Part shown: one piece after another, positions 15,600 through 28,900 of the stretch
How the letters are laid out: every line of letters starts with the position of its first letter
Position numbering within the stretch: position 1 is the stretch's first letter
Assembly: GCF_000143415.4 (NCBI RefSeq)
Contig: NW_003314315.1
Coordinates: forward strand, 1,301,514-1,365,513
Length of the DNA: 64,000 bases
Direction of reading: 5' to 3'
Origin: Selaginella moellendorffii
Taxonomy: Eukaryota > Plantae > Lycopodiophyta
Made by a program: the position numbers and the translations under genes
The notes under the pieces: generated by a model
Databases searched by the model: none
The model's input: the letters and a program-made list of their open reading frames with translations, nothing else
Told to the model about the DNA's origin: nothing

Positions 15600-18015
15600 A
15601 TGACACACCATGGGCACGCTGCTCTAGCGAGTGCGCTCTCCGATTTGCTGCAGGCTAGAGGGGCGCATTTTCTGGTGCTGCTGCTGGTGATCATCGCCAC
15701 TGACTACACTCGCGCGGACGAGATCTCTTACGACGATGTGGATGCTCCAAAACACCCCGGCTGCGACAACAAGTTCGTGCTGGTAAGCAAAGCTGCCGCG
15801 TTTGAGAGAATTGGATTGCTTTGCTGAGAATCTCCCAGGTGAAGATCAGAAACTGGATTGACAACGTCCCCGCAAGTGACTATGTCGGCATCACAGCCAG
15901 GTTTGGGGGGCCCGTCGCAGCACGAGCTGACAAAGCTCATGTCACTTCCCTCTCGCGAGCGGATCCCATCGACTGTTGCTCCAATCCCGGCGGTGTCAAG
16001 GTGTGCCTCCTCGTCCCGCGGTCTCTCGTAATACTTGTTTGCTTGTTATAGCATGCAGGGAACGTACTCCTCGCTGAAAGGGGGAACTGCACTTTCACTA
16101 CCAAGGCAAGGATTGCGCAGCAGGCTGGTGCCTCGGCTGTTCTCATCACAAACGACCGAGAAGGTTCGGGGTTACATCTTATGGATGTTTTCGTCTGTCG
16201 TGAGAGCTTGTGTTTGACAGGCCCTTGTTCTCTTACTTGACAGAGCTTTACAAGATGGTCTGCTTTGAGAACGACACTTTCGCAGACATAACAATTCCAG
16301 CCATTATGATCCCCAGATCAGCAGGAGAAAGCTTGGAGTCTGCTTTGCAATCGAGCCAAAACGGTACGTGCGATGAATCACTGTGCTGCCCCTGACCTGT
16401 CTTGTGTATGCCACAGTGAAGCTGCTCCTGTATTCACCAGTGCGGCCTGTTGTTGACCTTGGCGAGCTCTTCTTGTGGTGTCTTGCGGTTGCGACCGTGA
16501 TCGGCGCGTCCCTGTGGTCCGCATGCACTGCCAACGACGTAGGAAGCGGGCGGTACAAGCGCTTGAAGGTGTTGATTACGTCTTTGCATTATTCTTTGTT
16601 CGCAACGGGGTTTATTTGCAGGAGGCTTCTGCAGCGTCTCGCACAAAGGACGATTCCGACGACAAGGAAGTGGTGGATATCAGCATCGCATCGGCCGTGT
16701 GCTTTTTGATCCTTGCGTCTGTCTTCCTGCTTCTGCTCTACTTATTTATGTCCAACTGGTTTCTGATGCTGCTCGTTGTCTTGTTTTGCATTGGCGGTGC
16801 TGAGGTAATGTAACACCAGACTGATGGTGTTCTAGAGTCTTACTTGCTCCTTTTGCAGGGATTACAAACGTGCCTCGTAACACTGCTATCCAGGTGAGTC
16901 ATATTCGCTATCAGCTGCTACTTCTCTTTGAACCAGCATCCTGTGGCGAGGCGATTTACAGGTTATTTCCTGGTGTTGGTACGCGGCACATAACCATTCC
17001 AATCCTGGGGACTGTAAGTTCCCTATCTGTCGTGGTGTTTCCCATCTGTGTGGCCTTTTCTGTACTATGGGCTGTGTATAGGCACGCTCATGTGGCCTGG
17101 GTTGGCCAAGACGTATTGGTGAGAGCCTCTTGTCTTATTTCTCTGGCTATTTACTACTGGAAGCTGTTTTCACCAGGGTGTAGCATTGATCCTGACCGTC
17201 TTGCAAGTTGTTCGCTTGCCAAACATTAAGGTAACTCTCTGGTTTCCTCCGTTCCAAGGTCGTAGCTGTGCTGTTTGACAGGTTTCCACGGTTTTGTTGA
17301 GCTGTGCGTTTCTGTATGATATCTTTTGGGTCTTCATATCTCCATACATTTTCAAAGAGAGCGTTATGATCGTGGTATGTAAGCTTCGACTATCTGTTCG
17401 TTTACCTCTTTTGATGGAATGTTCACATTTGCAGGTGGCCAGGGGAGATAAGAGTGGAGGGGAGAGCATCCCAATGCTGCTCAGGGTCCCGCGTTTCTAC
17501 GATCCCTGGGGTGGCTACTCAATCATCGGGTTTGGCGATATACTTCTGCCGGGCTTGTTGGTGTCATTCACACTCAGGTGCCCTTTATTCTTTGTTTAGA
17601 TTAGCTCAAGCAAGTGAGATAACGCAGGTTCGATTGGGCCAACAAGAAGAGCCTTTCCGGGGGATACTTCTTGTGGACAACGGTCGGCTATGGCCTGGGT
17701 ACGTGGATTATCTTTGCCTCAAATAAATCCTTGCCTCAAATCTGTTTCTATGTTCTGCGCACAGGACTCATGCTAACTTACGTTGCTCTCAACCTGATGG
17801 ACGGCCATGGCCAGCCGGCGCTGCTTTACATCGTTCCCTGCACTCTAGGTGAGTCTTGATAACATTCCCGCAGTATTTGATTGTAACCTCTATAACCTGG
17901 TGTAGGCATTGTGGTGCTGCTGGGATGGATAAGGAAAGAGCTGGGAGCACTGTGGAACAACAAGGACGTGGCCGAGGAGCCAAGCGCAGGCCAAGTTGGC
18001 GCCGCGCAAGCCTAG
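15600..18015 (+). CDS. Signal peptide peptidase-like (SPPL, A22B aspartic protease) with PA domain (multi-exon)
   Basis: [22 protein letters not shown] (PA domain), catalytic FLYDIFWVF and [19 protein letters not shown]. Stop TAG at 18013-18015. Confidence 0.92.
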
Positions 18016-18169
18016 CTCTAATAATGTATGATACAAAATGTTGGTATTTATGTATGTATGAGGGAAAGTTGGGAAAGACGACAGCGTGTGAGTTGCGTGT
18101 GTATATAGCCTAGGTACAAGGGGAGAAAGGGCATTAGGGCTTAGCTCGATCCATCACAGGTAAGGAGGT

Positions 18170-20876
18170 ATGGAGTCGAGCGACGAGGCGGGGCTGGTGC
18201 TCTTCCCAATCGGCCCATCCACTGCTCTGGGCCGCGCTGTGGCGCTCAAGGTGCTGCTGTGCCGCTCGGCCAAGGAGGTGGTGGAGGTGCTGGGCTTGCG
18301 CGCCTTGGCTCACGTCCGGAAATGCAAGCGCCTGGCCATGCTGCTCGTCGGCTGGGTGCTGTCGTGGTTCAACCCCCGGCGGCCCAGCGTGCTGCTGGCG
18401 GCGGTGCTGTGCGTGGGCTACGCCATCCGCCGCGCGCGCCTGGAATCCACCAAGGCGGAGCTCGTGTTCCGAAGGAAGTTCTGGAGCAACATGATGCAGT
18501 CGGCCCTGACGTACGAGGAGTGGACGCACGCCGCCAGCATGCTGGACAAGGACAACTACTGCCGCCGGCGGCGCAAGGACTCGGACCTGTACGACGAGGA
18601 GCTGGTGCGCGCCAAGCTCAACGAGCTCAAGCTGCGGCGGATGAAGGCGGGCGTGGAGGACATCCTCTTCTGCCTGCGCGCCGACCTGGTGCGCAACCTG
18701 GGCAACATGTGCAACCCGGAGCTGCACAAGGGCCGCCTCCAGACCCCGCGCGTCATCCAGGAGTACATCAACGAGGTGTGCTACCACCTCCGCGCCATCT
18801 GCGAGACCGACTCGGACGAGTTCTCGCTCGAGGAGAAGATCGCCTTCATCCACGAGACGAGGCACGGGTTTGGGCGCACGGCGCTGCTGCTGAGCGGAGG
18901 CGCGGCCCTGGGGGCCTTCCACCTGGGCGTGGTGAGGACCCTGATCGAGCACCGCCTCCTGCCCAGGGTGGTGGCGGGTGCCAGCGTTGGCTCCATCCTC
19001 TGCTCCTTCGCCGCCACCAGGACGTGGCCGGAGCTCCAGAGCTTCTTCGACGACCCCATGCCACCCATGCACTTCTTCGAGTCCATGGGGAGCATCTTCA
19101 AGACGGCACACAGGCTGCTCACACGCGGCGCAGTTCACGAGATCGGCCTGCTCCAGAGGAAGATGCGGCAGCTCATTGGCGACCTCACGTTCCAGGAGGC
19201 ATACGATCTCTCTGGCCGTGTCCTGGGCATCTCGGTGTGCTCCCCCCGCCGCCACGAGCCACCCCGGTGCTTGAACTACCTCAGCTCGCCGCACGTTGTT
19301 ATCTGGAGCGCTGTCACCGCTTCCTGTGCTTTCCCGGGCCTGTTTGAGGCGCAGGAGCTCATGGCAAAGGACAGGCAGGGCAGGCTTGTGCCATACCACA
19401 CCCTGTCACAGGTTGGCCCCGAGGATCACAACATCAGCAACAGGCAGTGGCGGGATGGCAGCCTGGAGAGCGACTTGCCCATGATGCAGCTCAAGGAGCT
19501 GTTCAACGTCAACCATTTCATTGTGAGCCAGGCCAATCCGCACATTGCTCCGCTCTTGCGGCTCAAGGAGCTGGTGAGGGCCTATGGTGGCGACTTCGCT
19601 GCAAAGGTAACTGCCAAGTGTATTGGTGCGTGCAAACATATAATCGTCGTGTGTGCGTGTATGGAATGCAGCTGGCGCATCTGGCTGAGATGGAGGTGAA
19701 GCACAGGTGCAGGCAGGTGCTGGAGATGGGGTTCCATCTCTTTGGCCTTGCCAAGCTCTTTGCCCAAGACTGGGAGGGAGATGTCACCATTGTCATGCCT
19801 GCTACATTTGCTCAGGTACCAACATTTTCTGCGGATGGATGGATGGGAAACAGTCTATTCTGTTGTGCATGCAGTTCGCCAAGCTTATTCAGAACCCGAC
19901 GCCCTCGGAGCTCAGGAAGGCTGTGATGCAAGGCCGGCGCTGCACGTGGGAAAAGCTGTCCGCGATAGAGGCCAACTGTGGGATCGAGTTGATGCTAGAC
20001 GAGTGCGTAGCGGAGCTCAGCCGCAGGCGCAAGGCTCAGAGGGACGCCGAGCGCAACTCCGCTCACGCGCCTGGCGTCTTCTCCTCTCGCTTCTCCGCCA
20101 CCAAGAGAATACCGTCGTGGAACTGCCTGGCCCGCGAGAGCTCCTGGGGCTCGCTGGACGAGGACAGCATAGAGGGGACCTTGCAAGCGGGAGGGCCCTG
20201 GGGCGGCCCGTCACTGCGCAGATTGAGGCCTATGCGGCACAACCACGACGGCAGCGACAGCGACAGTGGAGCGGAGGAATTTAGCAACCTGTCTTGGACC
20301 AAGGCTGGCGGGCCGCTCATGAGGACGGCGTCTGCTGCCAAGTTCTTGATGTCCCTCGAGAGCGACGCCGACAGCGGGCAGGCTGCCAAAGAGGAAGCCG
20401 CTCCTCGAAGCAACCCGGATGCCGCAGCTGCACAAGACGGAGAGGTAGTGAAACGGCCTGCTGTTCCAAAGTTGGGACGTGCTAACAGCTTGGATATGCG
20501 TAGCAGCAAGCGGGCAAACAAGATCTGGGAAGGCCTTGACTACAGTGCAGTCAGTGTTGCACCAAGTGAGCAAGGAGAGAACTTTTCTTTCTCCTTGCAA
20601 GTGGGTATGAGGAAATCTGCGAGCGAGACCATGGTCAGCTCGTCGATCTACCTCTTGGATGACAGTTTCAGCAAGAAACCGAGGACGCGTGAGTGGATGA
20701 CTGCATTTATACGAGCTGAGAGTAACTGACGGTTTTTCTCTTGTGCCGCAGGTGGAGATGATGGTACCAAAAGCGAAGAATCAACGCCGAGGGAAGGGTT
20801 AGGAGTGGCAAGGAGTTTAGGCCATGGTGGTGGAGCATTTGGTTCTTTTATAGCTCATTCCGACCCGCCTCAATGA
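18170..20876 (+). CDS. SDP1: Patatin-domain triacylglycerol lipase SDP1-like (multi-exon; last exon end approximate)
   Basis: [35 protein letters not shown] nucleophile, [28 protein letters not shown]. Confidence 0.92.
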
Positions 20877-20965
20877 TGCTTCGTTCCTGTCTGTCTGTGT
20901 ACATAGCATTGTTTCTTTTGTTCCAATAAACAGTCCGCTGAATCCATGGAGGTGGCTCTTGATCC

Positions 20966-23356
20966 ATGCCGCTCCGGAACAACGGCAGTGGCAGCATCAA
21001 CGCCCTCGCAGCAGCCCTCCGGCAGTGTGGAAGCAGAGCGGCTTTGGACGAGGGCAAGCGGCTCCATGCGCAGCTGGTGGCCAGCAATCAGGACTCGTCC
21101 ACCTTTCTGGGCAACTTGCTCGTTCAAATGTATGGCAACTGCGGGTGCATGGACGCGGCGGCAGCGGCCTTTCACAGTATATCGGTCCCTAACGTCTACT
21201 CCTTCTCCATCCTCATGTCTGCATATGCCCAGAATGGGTATGGCAGCGAGGCCGTGCTGGTGTTTCACAGGATGGAGATGGAGGGGATTCGGGCCGATCG
21301 TGTCGCTTACGTATCCCTGCTGAATGCCCTGTGCTTGTGCTCCTCCGGAAAGCAGCACGGCATGCTGCTGGCCAGGGGGAAGCAAATGGAGTCGAGGATG
21401 ACGGAGTCGGGCATCTTGTCCACCACGCCGGTGCTGGGCAATGCGCTCATCACGCTCTACAGGCACTGCGGGAGCATGGTGGATGCCGAGGCCACCTTCG
21501 AGGCGATGCAGCGGCGCGACACAATCTCGTGGAACGCCATGATTGCGGCGTGGCTGGACCACGGGCAAGCCGCACAAGCCCTCCACCTCTACCAGGCACT
21601 CCTCCGGCAGCCCGACGTGAGGCCCGACGACACAACGTTCGCGAGCGTCTTGAGCGGCTGCTGCCACCATCTCAGCACCGGGCGGTCCGTCCATGCCGCG
21701 CTCCTGGCAGCACGGGGCGACGTGGCTGCCGACGTCTTCCTCTCCAATTCCCTGGTGCAAATGTACGCCCGCTGCGGCAGCGTCCTGGAGGCGAGGGCCG
21801 TGTTCGACGCCATGCGGCAGCGCAACACCGTGTCGTGGAACATCATCATCTGGGCGTACGCGGCACAGGGGCTGGGAGTGGAGGCGCTGTGCCTGTTGCA
21901 GCGCATGGACTGCGAGCGCGACGTGGTCACGTTCATCAACGCCCTGTCTGCTTGCGGCGCGGGCGGTGCGGCGCAGCTGGAGCAGGGGCGGCGGCTTCAC
22001 GCGGACATGGTTGCGCGCGGCCTCCTCGCCGCCAGTGTGTCCGCCACCAACGCCGTGCTGAGCATGTACGCCAAGTGCGGGGACGTGGACGCGGCGGTGG
22101 AGGTGTTTGAGCGGTGCAGCTGCCCAGACCGCGTGAGCTGGAACGGGATCATGGCCGCATTTGCCGGGTCGGGGCATTTCCGCGAGGCGCTGCAGGTGAT
22201 GAGGCAGATGGAGGTGGAGGGGGTGGCGCTGGACGCCGCCGCGCTGAGCTGCGGTGTAGCGGCTTGCAGCGGGCTGGGTGGCGTGGGAGGCCTCAGCCAG
22301 GGCCGCGCCCTTCACGCCCGCATCCGGAGCTGTGGATACGAGCAGTTGCCGGCGGTGGGCAACGCGCTGCTCCACATGTACGGCAAGTGCGGACGGATTC
22401 GTGAAGCGCGGCTCGTGTTCGACGGCATGGAGGCGCGGGGCGTGATTGCCTGGAATGCGATGCTGGGTGCTTATGCCCAGCACGGTCATGCGAGCGAGGC
22501 GCTGGAGTTGTTCCGGGGCATGTCGCTGGAGATGGAAGCGGACGAGGTGACGGTGAGCAGCGTGCTGCACGCGTGCTGCCATGCGGGCATGCTGGAGCGC
22601 GGCTGCTGCTGCTTCGGCTCCATGAGCGCCGATTACGGTGTCGCGCCCACTGCCGAGCACCTGGTGATGGTGGTGGACCTGCTGTCTCGGGTCGGCAAGC
22701 TCCAAGACGCGGAGGAGTTGATCGCCCACGCTTACCAGCATCAGCTTGTGCCCGGGGCCCCGGACGATGCGGTGTGCTGGAGGGCGTTGCTTGGGGCGTG
22801 CAGGCTCCAGGACAGCCCAGAGCGGGGCGTCCGGGCCGCCGAGAAGCTCATGGCGCTGGAGCCGGCCGACTCAGCCGCCTATGTGCTGCTGTCGACCATT
22901 TACTCGAGGGCTGGGAGGCTGGAGGAGGCGGCGAGCGTCAGGAGGCGCATGGACATGAGAGGGGTGGTGAAGCCAGCGGGGTGGAGCGCCATCGAGGTCA
23001 ACAACAAGGTGCACGAGTTCGTGTCAGCGGACTCGTGCCCACCGGAGCTGGCCGCCACCCTCGAGGCGCTGGCGGCAGAAATGCAGCGTGCTGGTTACGT
23101 GGCCGACGACCCTGGCCACGGCGACAAGGAGAGGCTGGGGAGCTACCACAGCGAGAAGCTGGCAATTGCATTCGGGATCAGGAGCACTCCAGCCGGGACG
23201 AGCCTCCACATTGTCAAGAACCTTCGCGTGTGCGCTGACTGTCACTCGGCCACCAAGTACATCTCCAGGATTGTGGGGCGGCAGATAATCGTGAGGGATA
23301 CGTATCGCTTCCACACCTTTGACAAGGGGACTTGCTCCTGCCAAGACTTTTGGTAG
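20966..23356 (+). CDS. PLS-E-DYW PPR protein (C-to-U RNA-editing-factor type)
   Basis: Intronless 796 aa: PPR motifs, E domain, PG-box KPAGWSAIEV, HSEKLA, LRVCADCH, terminus CSCQDFW. Confidence 0.94.
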   Translation: MPLRNNGSGSINALAAALRQCGSRAALDEGKRLHAQLVASNQDSSTFLGNLLVQMYGNCGCMDAAAAAFHSISVPNVYSFSILMSAYAQNGYGSEAVLVFHRMEMEGIRADRVAYVSLLNALCLCSSGKQHGMLLARGKQMESRMTESGILSTTPVLGNALITLYRHCGSMVDAEATFEAMQRRDTISWNAMIAAWLDHGQAAQALHLYQALLRQPDVRPDDTTFASVLSGCCHHLSTGRSVHAALLAARGDVAADVFLSNSLVQMYARCGSVLEARAVFDAMRQRNTVSWNIIIWAYAAQGLGVEALCLLQRMDCERDVVTFINALSACGAGGAAQLEQGRRLHADMVARGLLAASVSATNAVLSMYAKCGDVDAAVEVFERCSCPDRVSWNGIMAAFAGSGHFREALQVMRQMEVEGVALDAAALSCGVAACSGLGGVGGLSQGRALHARIRSCGYEQLPAVGNALLHMYGKCGRIREARLVFDGMEARGVIAWNAMLGAYAQHGHASEALELFRGMSLEMEADEVTVSSVLHACCHAGMLERGCCCFGSMSADYGVAPTAEHLVMVVDLLSRVGKLQDAEELIAHAYQHQLVPGAPDDAVCWRALLGACRLQDSPERGVRAAEKLMALEPADSAAYVLLSTIYSRAGRLEEAASVRRRMDMRGVVKPAGWSAIEVNNKVHEFVSADSCPPELAATLEALAAEMQRAGYVADDPGHGDKERLGSYHSEKLAIAFGIRSTPAGTSLHIVKNLRVCADCHSATKYISRIVGRQIIVRDTYRFHTFDKGTCSCQDFW

Positions 23357-23378
23357 GGTAACAACGCAGGTACGTAGT

Positions 23379-23860
23379 ATGGCGTTTTTCGCAATGGCAG
23401 CAATGCCGCCGCCTTGCAAGCTCAAGCTCAAGCCCACAACGTCCCACGCGGCCAAGGATTTGAGCTGGCGGAAGAGCGAGCTGGCTGGCACTGGTGTGGC
23501 GGTTCCACTCGTGGTGCCATTGCAGAGGCTTTCGTCCCTCATCGTCCAGCCCCTGGCAAGTAAGTGTAGCAGAAGCCGCGAGTCCAAACCGATGATTGAT
23601 AATTTCCTTTTGGGCTTTTGCCAGGCAGGGTGTGCGAGCTGACGGGCAAGAAGTACAACAACGCGCGCAAGATCTCCTACTCCCACATCCGCACCAGGAA
23701 GAAGCAGCAGCCCAACCTGCAGTACAAGCGGCTGTGGTGGGAGGCTGGGCAGAGGTTCGTCAGGCTCAGGATTTGCACGCAGGCGCTCAAGACCATCGAC
23801 AAGAAGGGGCTGGACGCCATGGCCAAGGAAGCGGGGATAAACTTGCGCAAGCACCGCTAA
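23379..23860 (+). CDS. RPL28: Plastid 50S ribosomal protein L28 (2 exons)
   Basis: Transit-peptide exon, GT-AG intron, then [49 protein letters not shown]. Confidence 0.93.
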
Positions 23861-23997
23861 GCTACCTAAAAAGAAGCAGTGTTAGCCTACACGTTGTTAA
23901 TGTTAAAAAGGAGCCCCAGTGCCAGATATTTTGTTTGGGGAGAGGAGAGAAGATATTTTGGGGGAGGGTGATGGCTTAGCTAGGGTTTTAGCGCGCA

Positions 23998-26350
23998 ATG
24001 GCGGTGGACGAGGCGGCCTGCCCAGACGACCACAATCCAGCCGCTGCGGCATTCAAGCACTTGGCTGAAAAGTTCAAAACGGTTGATGGCAAGTTCATGG
24101 AGAGGTTTCCTTCTGCAATGCAGAAGGAAGGCGTGGAGAAGGAATTCGGGCAGAGCGGTCTCAAGAAGCTGCTCGTCAGGGCTGGACAAGGCTGGGATGT
24201 CCCCAAGCCTGGTGATGAGCTCACAGGTACTCTTCTCCTCCTTCTTCTTCCTTCGAAAGTAGAGAGGCTTACTCCATCGGCTAAACCCTTCCATGGATGA
24301 ATGCAGTGCACTACGTTGGGAGGTTTGCCGATGGAACCAAGTTCGACTCCACCCACGATAAGAACCAGCCCTTCGTGTTCAGGCTTGGCCAAGGTGGAGT
24401 ACAATGTGGCTATTCTATCTCAACTCGCTCCTTTGCCTGAGTCTTCCGTGCAGGAGAGGTGATAAGGGGCTGGGACCGAGGCATTGGCTCGATGAAGAAG
24501 AAAGAAGTAGCCGTTTTCACAATCCCACCCGACATGGCCTATGGCAAAGCTGGTTGCCCGCCCCTGGTTCCTCCAAACGCTACTCTCGTGTTTGAAGTGG
24601 AGCTGCTAACTTGGGCTAGCATCACCGACGTGCTCAAAGACGGCGGCATCGTCAAGAAAGTCGTCTCTGAGGGTCACAAGTGGGAAACTCCTAAAGACTC
24701 GGACGAAGTTACAGGTAAGTAATAGCTACCGCTATTTTTCACTTTCCTTACGGAGTAACTCCATGCGTACCAGTGAGGTTCACGGCGACGTTGCAGGACG
24801 GCACCCTTGTTGAAAAGACACCCGCGAAAGGCGTGACCATCTGTCCAAGAGATGGTGCTTGACGGAAGTGGAACTTGTCTGTTGCAGCTAACAGTTTGAA
24901 CATTTTGATGCAGGATTCTTTTGCCCTGCAATCGGGAAGGCCGTAAGAGCAATGAAACATGGAGAACAAGCATTGTTAACCGTGACGCCTCAGTGTAAGC
25001 TAAGCTAGCTGCATAAATCCACTGATTATTATCAAACTGACCAGACTTGCAGACGGATTTGCGGAACAGGGGCGTAAGGCTACCCGTAGTGGAGCATATG
25101 TGCCTCCCTATGCAACCTTGACTGTTGACATCGAGCTTCTCGAGTGGAGGACGGTAGATGATGTCACTGATGACAGGCGTGTTGTCAAGAAGATCTTGGT
25201 GGCCGGAGAAGGACAAACCAAGCCGAACGATGGCGCCCTTGTCAGGGGTAACTAGTGGTGCTCTTTGTGAACAATTTGTCGCTTACATGTGATCTCTGCA
25301 GTCAAATACGAGGCCAGACTTTTGGACGGGACGGTCTTTGAGCGCAAAGGCTACGGCCAAGATGACCTGCTCGAGTTTACCATCGGTGAAGGTAAGGCTG
25401 TGTGTTCGTACGAGCTCACTCTTAAAAGGGGCCTTTCTGCAGAGCAAGCTGTGAGTGGCTTAGACAGAGCTGTGGCAGCTATGAAAAAAGGTGAAGTTGC
25501 GGAGGTGACAATCGCTCCAGATTATGGGTATGGTGGCTCGGAATTTCGGACGGACCTGGCAACTGTACCACCAAGTTCCACGCTAGTGTACATCGTTGAG
25601 CTTGTCAGCTTTGACAAGGTTGGTTTTTTCCAAGTTCTCCATGGTATGACGCATGCATGTGTCTCGTATCTCAGGACAAAGACATCTGGGAAATGAGCAC
25701 CCTTGAGAAGCTGGAAGCAGCAAGCAAGCACAAAGAAGAAGGGAACCAGCATTTCAAGGGCGGAAAGTACTGGCGTGCTTCGAAGAAGTACGACAAGGCA
25801 GGTAGCACTTCCTTGTGTCGCACACGCTTTGACGGTATTGCCTTTCGCCTTGTTGTAGGCTGTCAAATACATTGATCACGATCACAAGTTTTCTGACGAG
25901 GAGAAAAAGCTGTCTAAGCAGCTCAAAACCGTATGCTGCGTAAACAATGCTGCGTCCAAACTGAAGCAGGAGAAGTACAAAGATTGCATTGCTTTATGCA
26001 CGAAGGTGGGCGAGCACTGAACGTGCACTCTTCCTAGTCTCAGACTCTTATCGCACAGGTGCTGGATCTGGAGGCCGGCAATATGAAAGCGCTTTATAGG
26101 CGAGCCCAGGCTTATTTGGAGAACGCGGACATTGAACTGGCGGACAAGGACGTGAGAAAGATGATTGCTGCCGATCCGCACAACAGGTGAGTAGCGGGTT
26201 CTAACAGTCGGGGCATCATCTGATTCTGAGTTGTACAGAGATGCCAAGGTGCTCCAGCAGGAACTGAGAAAGCGGGGATTGGACTATGACAAAAAAGCTG
26301 CAAAGCTTTTCGGCACTATGGTTGCCAGATTGAATAGCGAGAGCTCGTAA
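23998..26350 (+). CDS. Multi-FKBP + TPR peptidyl-prolyl isomerase (FKBP62/65/ROF-like; multi-exon)
   Basis: Three FKBP domains (VIRGWDRGIGSM..AYG..VPPNATLVFEVELL; DGGIVKK; YEARLLDGTVF..GLDRAV) followed by TPRs (KEEGNQHFK, NMKALYRRAQAY). Stop TAA at 26348-26350. Confidence 0.9.
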
Positions 26351-26779
26351 AAATAAATGGAGTTAGCTAAGCTCTTACATAACTTACCATCCTTCCGTTT
26401 CTGACGGGCTTAACACCTTGGCAACAGTAGAAGCTGACATCTCGCAGCAGCTGTCAGTCGATCCGTCCGACACTTGCTGAAACTGATTGTCTTCTAGTTC
26501 CTGCATATGACAAGCAAGCTCCAATTTTGCAGGATTTTCATATTTTTTTAGTGTTGCCCTTATCAAATGAAGGGAATTTGTTTCCTTGGCTCATGAGAGT
26601 GTCTTATGACTCTTGAACTGAGGAGCTGAACTGTGGGCATTCCTATTAGAAATCTCTCAAAAAGTTTAATGAAGTTTTATCAAGCTTGTGAGCTCAAGTC
26701 ATTTTGCATTAGGAGAATGACAGCTAGCTTGCAAGTGAGCTGAGATCTCAATCTAGTATATTATGTACTATGAAGAAGC

Positions 26780-28900
26780 ATCAATAATTGAGTGGGAAAT
26801 TGGGGAGTTGGGGAGTTGCTTGGAAGAACTGTTGTCAGCCCAACAACAAATGCCACGGGAATGTCTCAAAATTGGTACAAGGTGCAAGTCACAACAAGGT
26901 CATGCCCCTAGATAAGGTTGGCAAAATCCTCTTGCCTAACATCAGTTCCAAAAACATAGAAGCCAAAAAGAACATTGTCAATTTTGTCTTGCAATTTCTA
27001 CATGATTGTGGAGATGTGGAGATTTGGCTTAGGACATGAAGAGGATGACATTGTGTCTCAATTTGTCATCTTAGATGTCCAATGGTTTATCAAGGATGTG
27101 GTGCAACTCTTCATACATACTGAGACAAGCAAACTCAAAAGTCAAATGGAAACACACAGAGTTAAATATCAATTGCAAGAACAATGTGGGAACCAAGACA
27201 AAATAGTGGAGTACAGTCTTGGAGTGCTCCATGAGATGTGAGTGATATTGCCTTGGGATGGGATGGGAATTGGCATAACCTACTTAAGGAGTTGATAGTG
27301 CCAACACTATTGAAAGAAAAATATTCATCTCCAGAATATTTATTATCAATTGACACTCAAAAAAGCCACAACTACTGGGGCAGAAGGTTTGAATGCAAAG
27401 ACAAGGACATGAAATTGTTTCTTGCAAGTATTTTCATAAAGATCCAAATTAAACTTCACAAATTAAGCAAGAAAGGCTTCATGTTTGGGAATGGATGGGT
27501 GGCTTTGAAAGAGAACTTTATCAAGACAATTGTGGGAGTTGCAGGAGACATGGACAATTGGAAAGATAAGCAATGGGTTGATGTTCATCTACTACTTAAA
27601 AGAGGTAGAGTATACACCAAGGCTAGATTTGGAAAAAGAAGCTGAAGGATGAATGAAAGAAGTTAGAAATTGCATTATTGGGGTATGTATGGAGGATTGC
27701 CCATCTTTGGAAATTGAAGAAAATGTGATGAGACGTGGTTATATGTGGAGAAGGATAATAAATAAGATAGGCAAACCAAAATCATGGGATGCAGTTGTTT
27801 GTCCACTAAAGCAAGTCAAATGTGAAGCAAGAGAAAGAGGTCTAGACTACTCCCACATTTGGAATTATTCACATGTGGGATATGAATAATGATTTAAAGG
27901 TCTCATATGAGAATGTTTTGGCTGAGCTATTGATGCACAATACGCAAAAACATAAAGTGATGAATAAGTTTGTTGAACTTCATGAACTCTTAAAGGACTA
28001 TGAGGAGGTTGGAAAGTCATAATTCGCAAAGTATCATCAGATGTCGTTAAGATTCCGAATGTTAGAGACTTAGAATTTGATGCAATCTTCAGATATTTTG
28101 AAAAGAGGTTTGATGAAATGGAGAACTATTTTGATAAGATGGATATGAAACTTGATGACATTGAAGTAAACCTCGACAGAATTGTTTCAAATATTGATGC
28201 AATCCTGAGATATGTTAGGATAAAAGGTTTGATAAAATGGACAACCATTTTGACAAGGTGGATATAAAACTTAATGATATTGAAGTATGCCTTGACAAGC
28301 TTAAGAATGAACTCAAGTCTACCATGGATAAAGTGAATGCAATCCATACAAGGTATTTGCAGGTATTATTGAAATTGGAGATAGATTGCCCAAAGTATCC
28401 ATATATTCTTGATGAGAATAATAGGTGGAAAAATTATAGTAAAATACTGGGAACACATGTTAGACTTCACTACTTGTATGAATGGCCTAGAGGAACTTAT
28501 ATTCAAGGAGCTAAAAGTCATCAAGTGAAGAGTTCTATAGGTGTTAAATTGGATTTCCCACCAAACTAACTCAAAAAATTTGCTCCAATACTTAAACATA
28601 CATTAATCCTATTATTTATTGGGGCCAAAGTTGAAGGACATTTTGCTGATGTTGGAAAGATAGTAAATACATTTATGGATGAGATCAAGGGAAGCCTTAT
28701 AAGCTTTTTGGATTCATATCTTCTCAAAAGCAAGCTAGCTATAAATCCTAAAGCAAAAGATGTGCAAAAGATATTTAAGCTAGTGACAACTAAATTTAGG
28801 AGAGAAGAAAAGTAGGAGAAGATCATGGAAAAATATTTTGCTTTTCATCCCACAATCCTGAATGAAAGAAAAATATGAGTCTGCAAAAGTATTTAATATT
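26780..28900 (+). pseudogene. Decayed TORNADO1-like ROC-COR (ROCO) gene fragment
   Basis: Frameshifted pieces FLHDCGDV, FVILDVQWFIK, LIVPTLL..YWGRRFECKD..FIKIQIKLH, a duplicated coiled-coil unit (28106-28177 / 28225-28297) and CPKYPY..VRLHYLYEW. Many stops, AT-rich. Confidence 0.6.
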
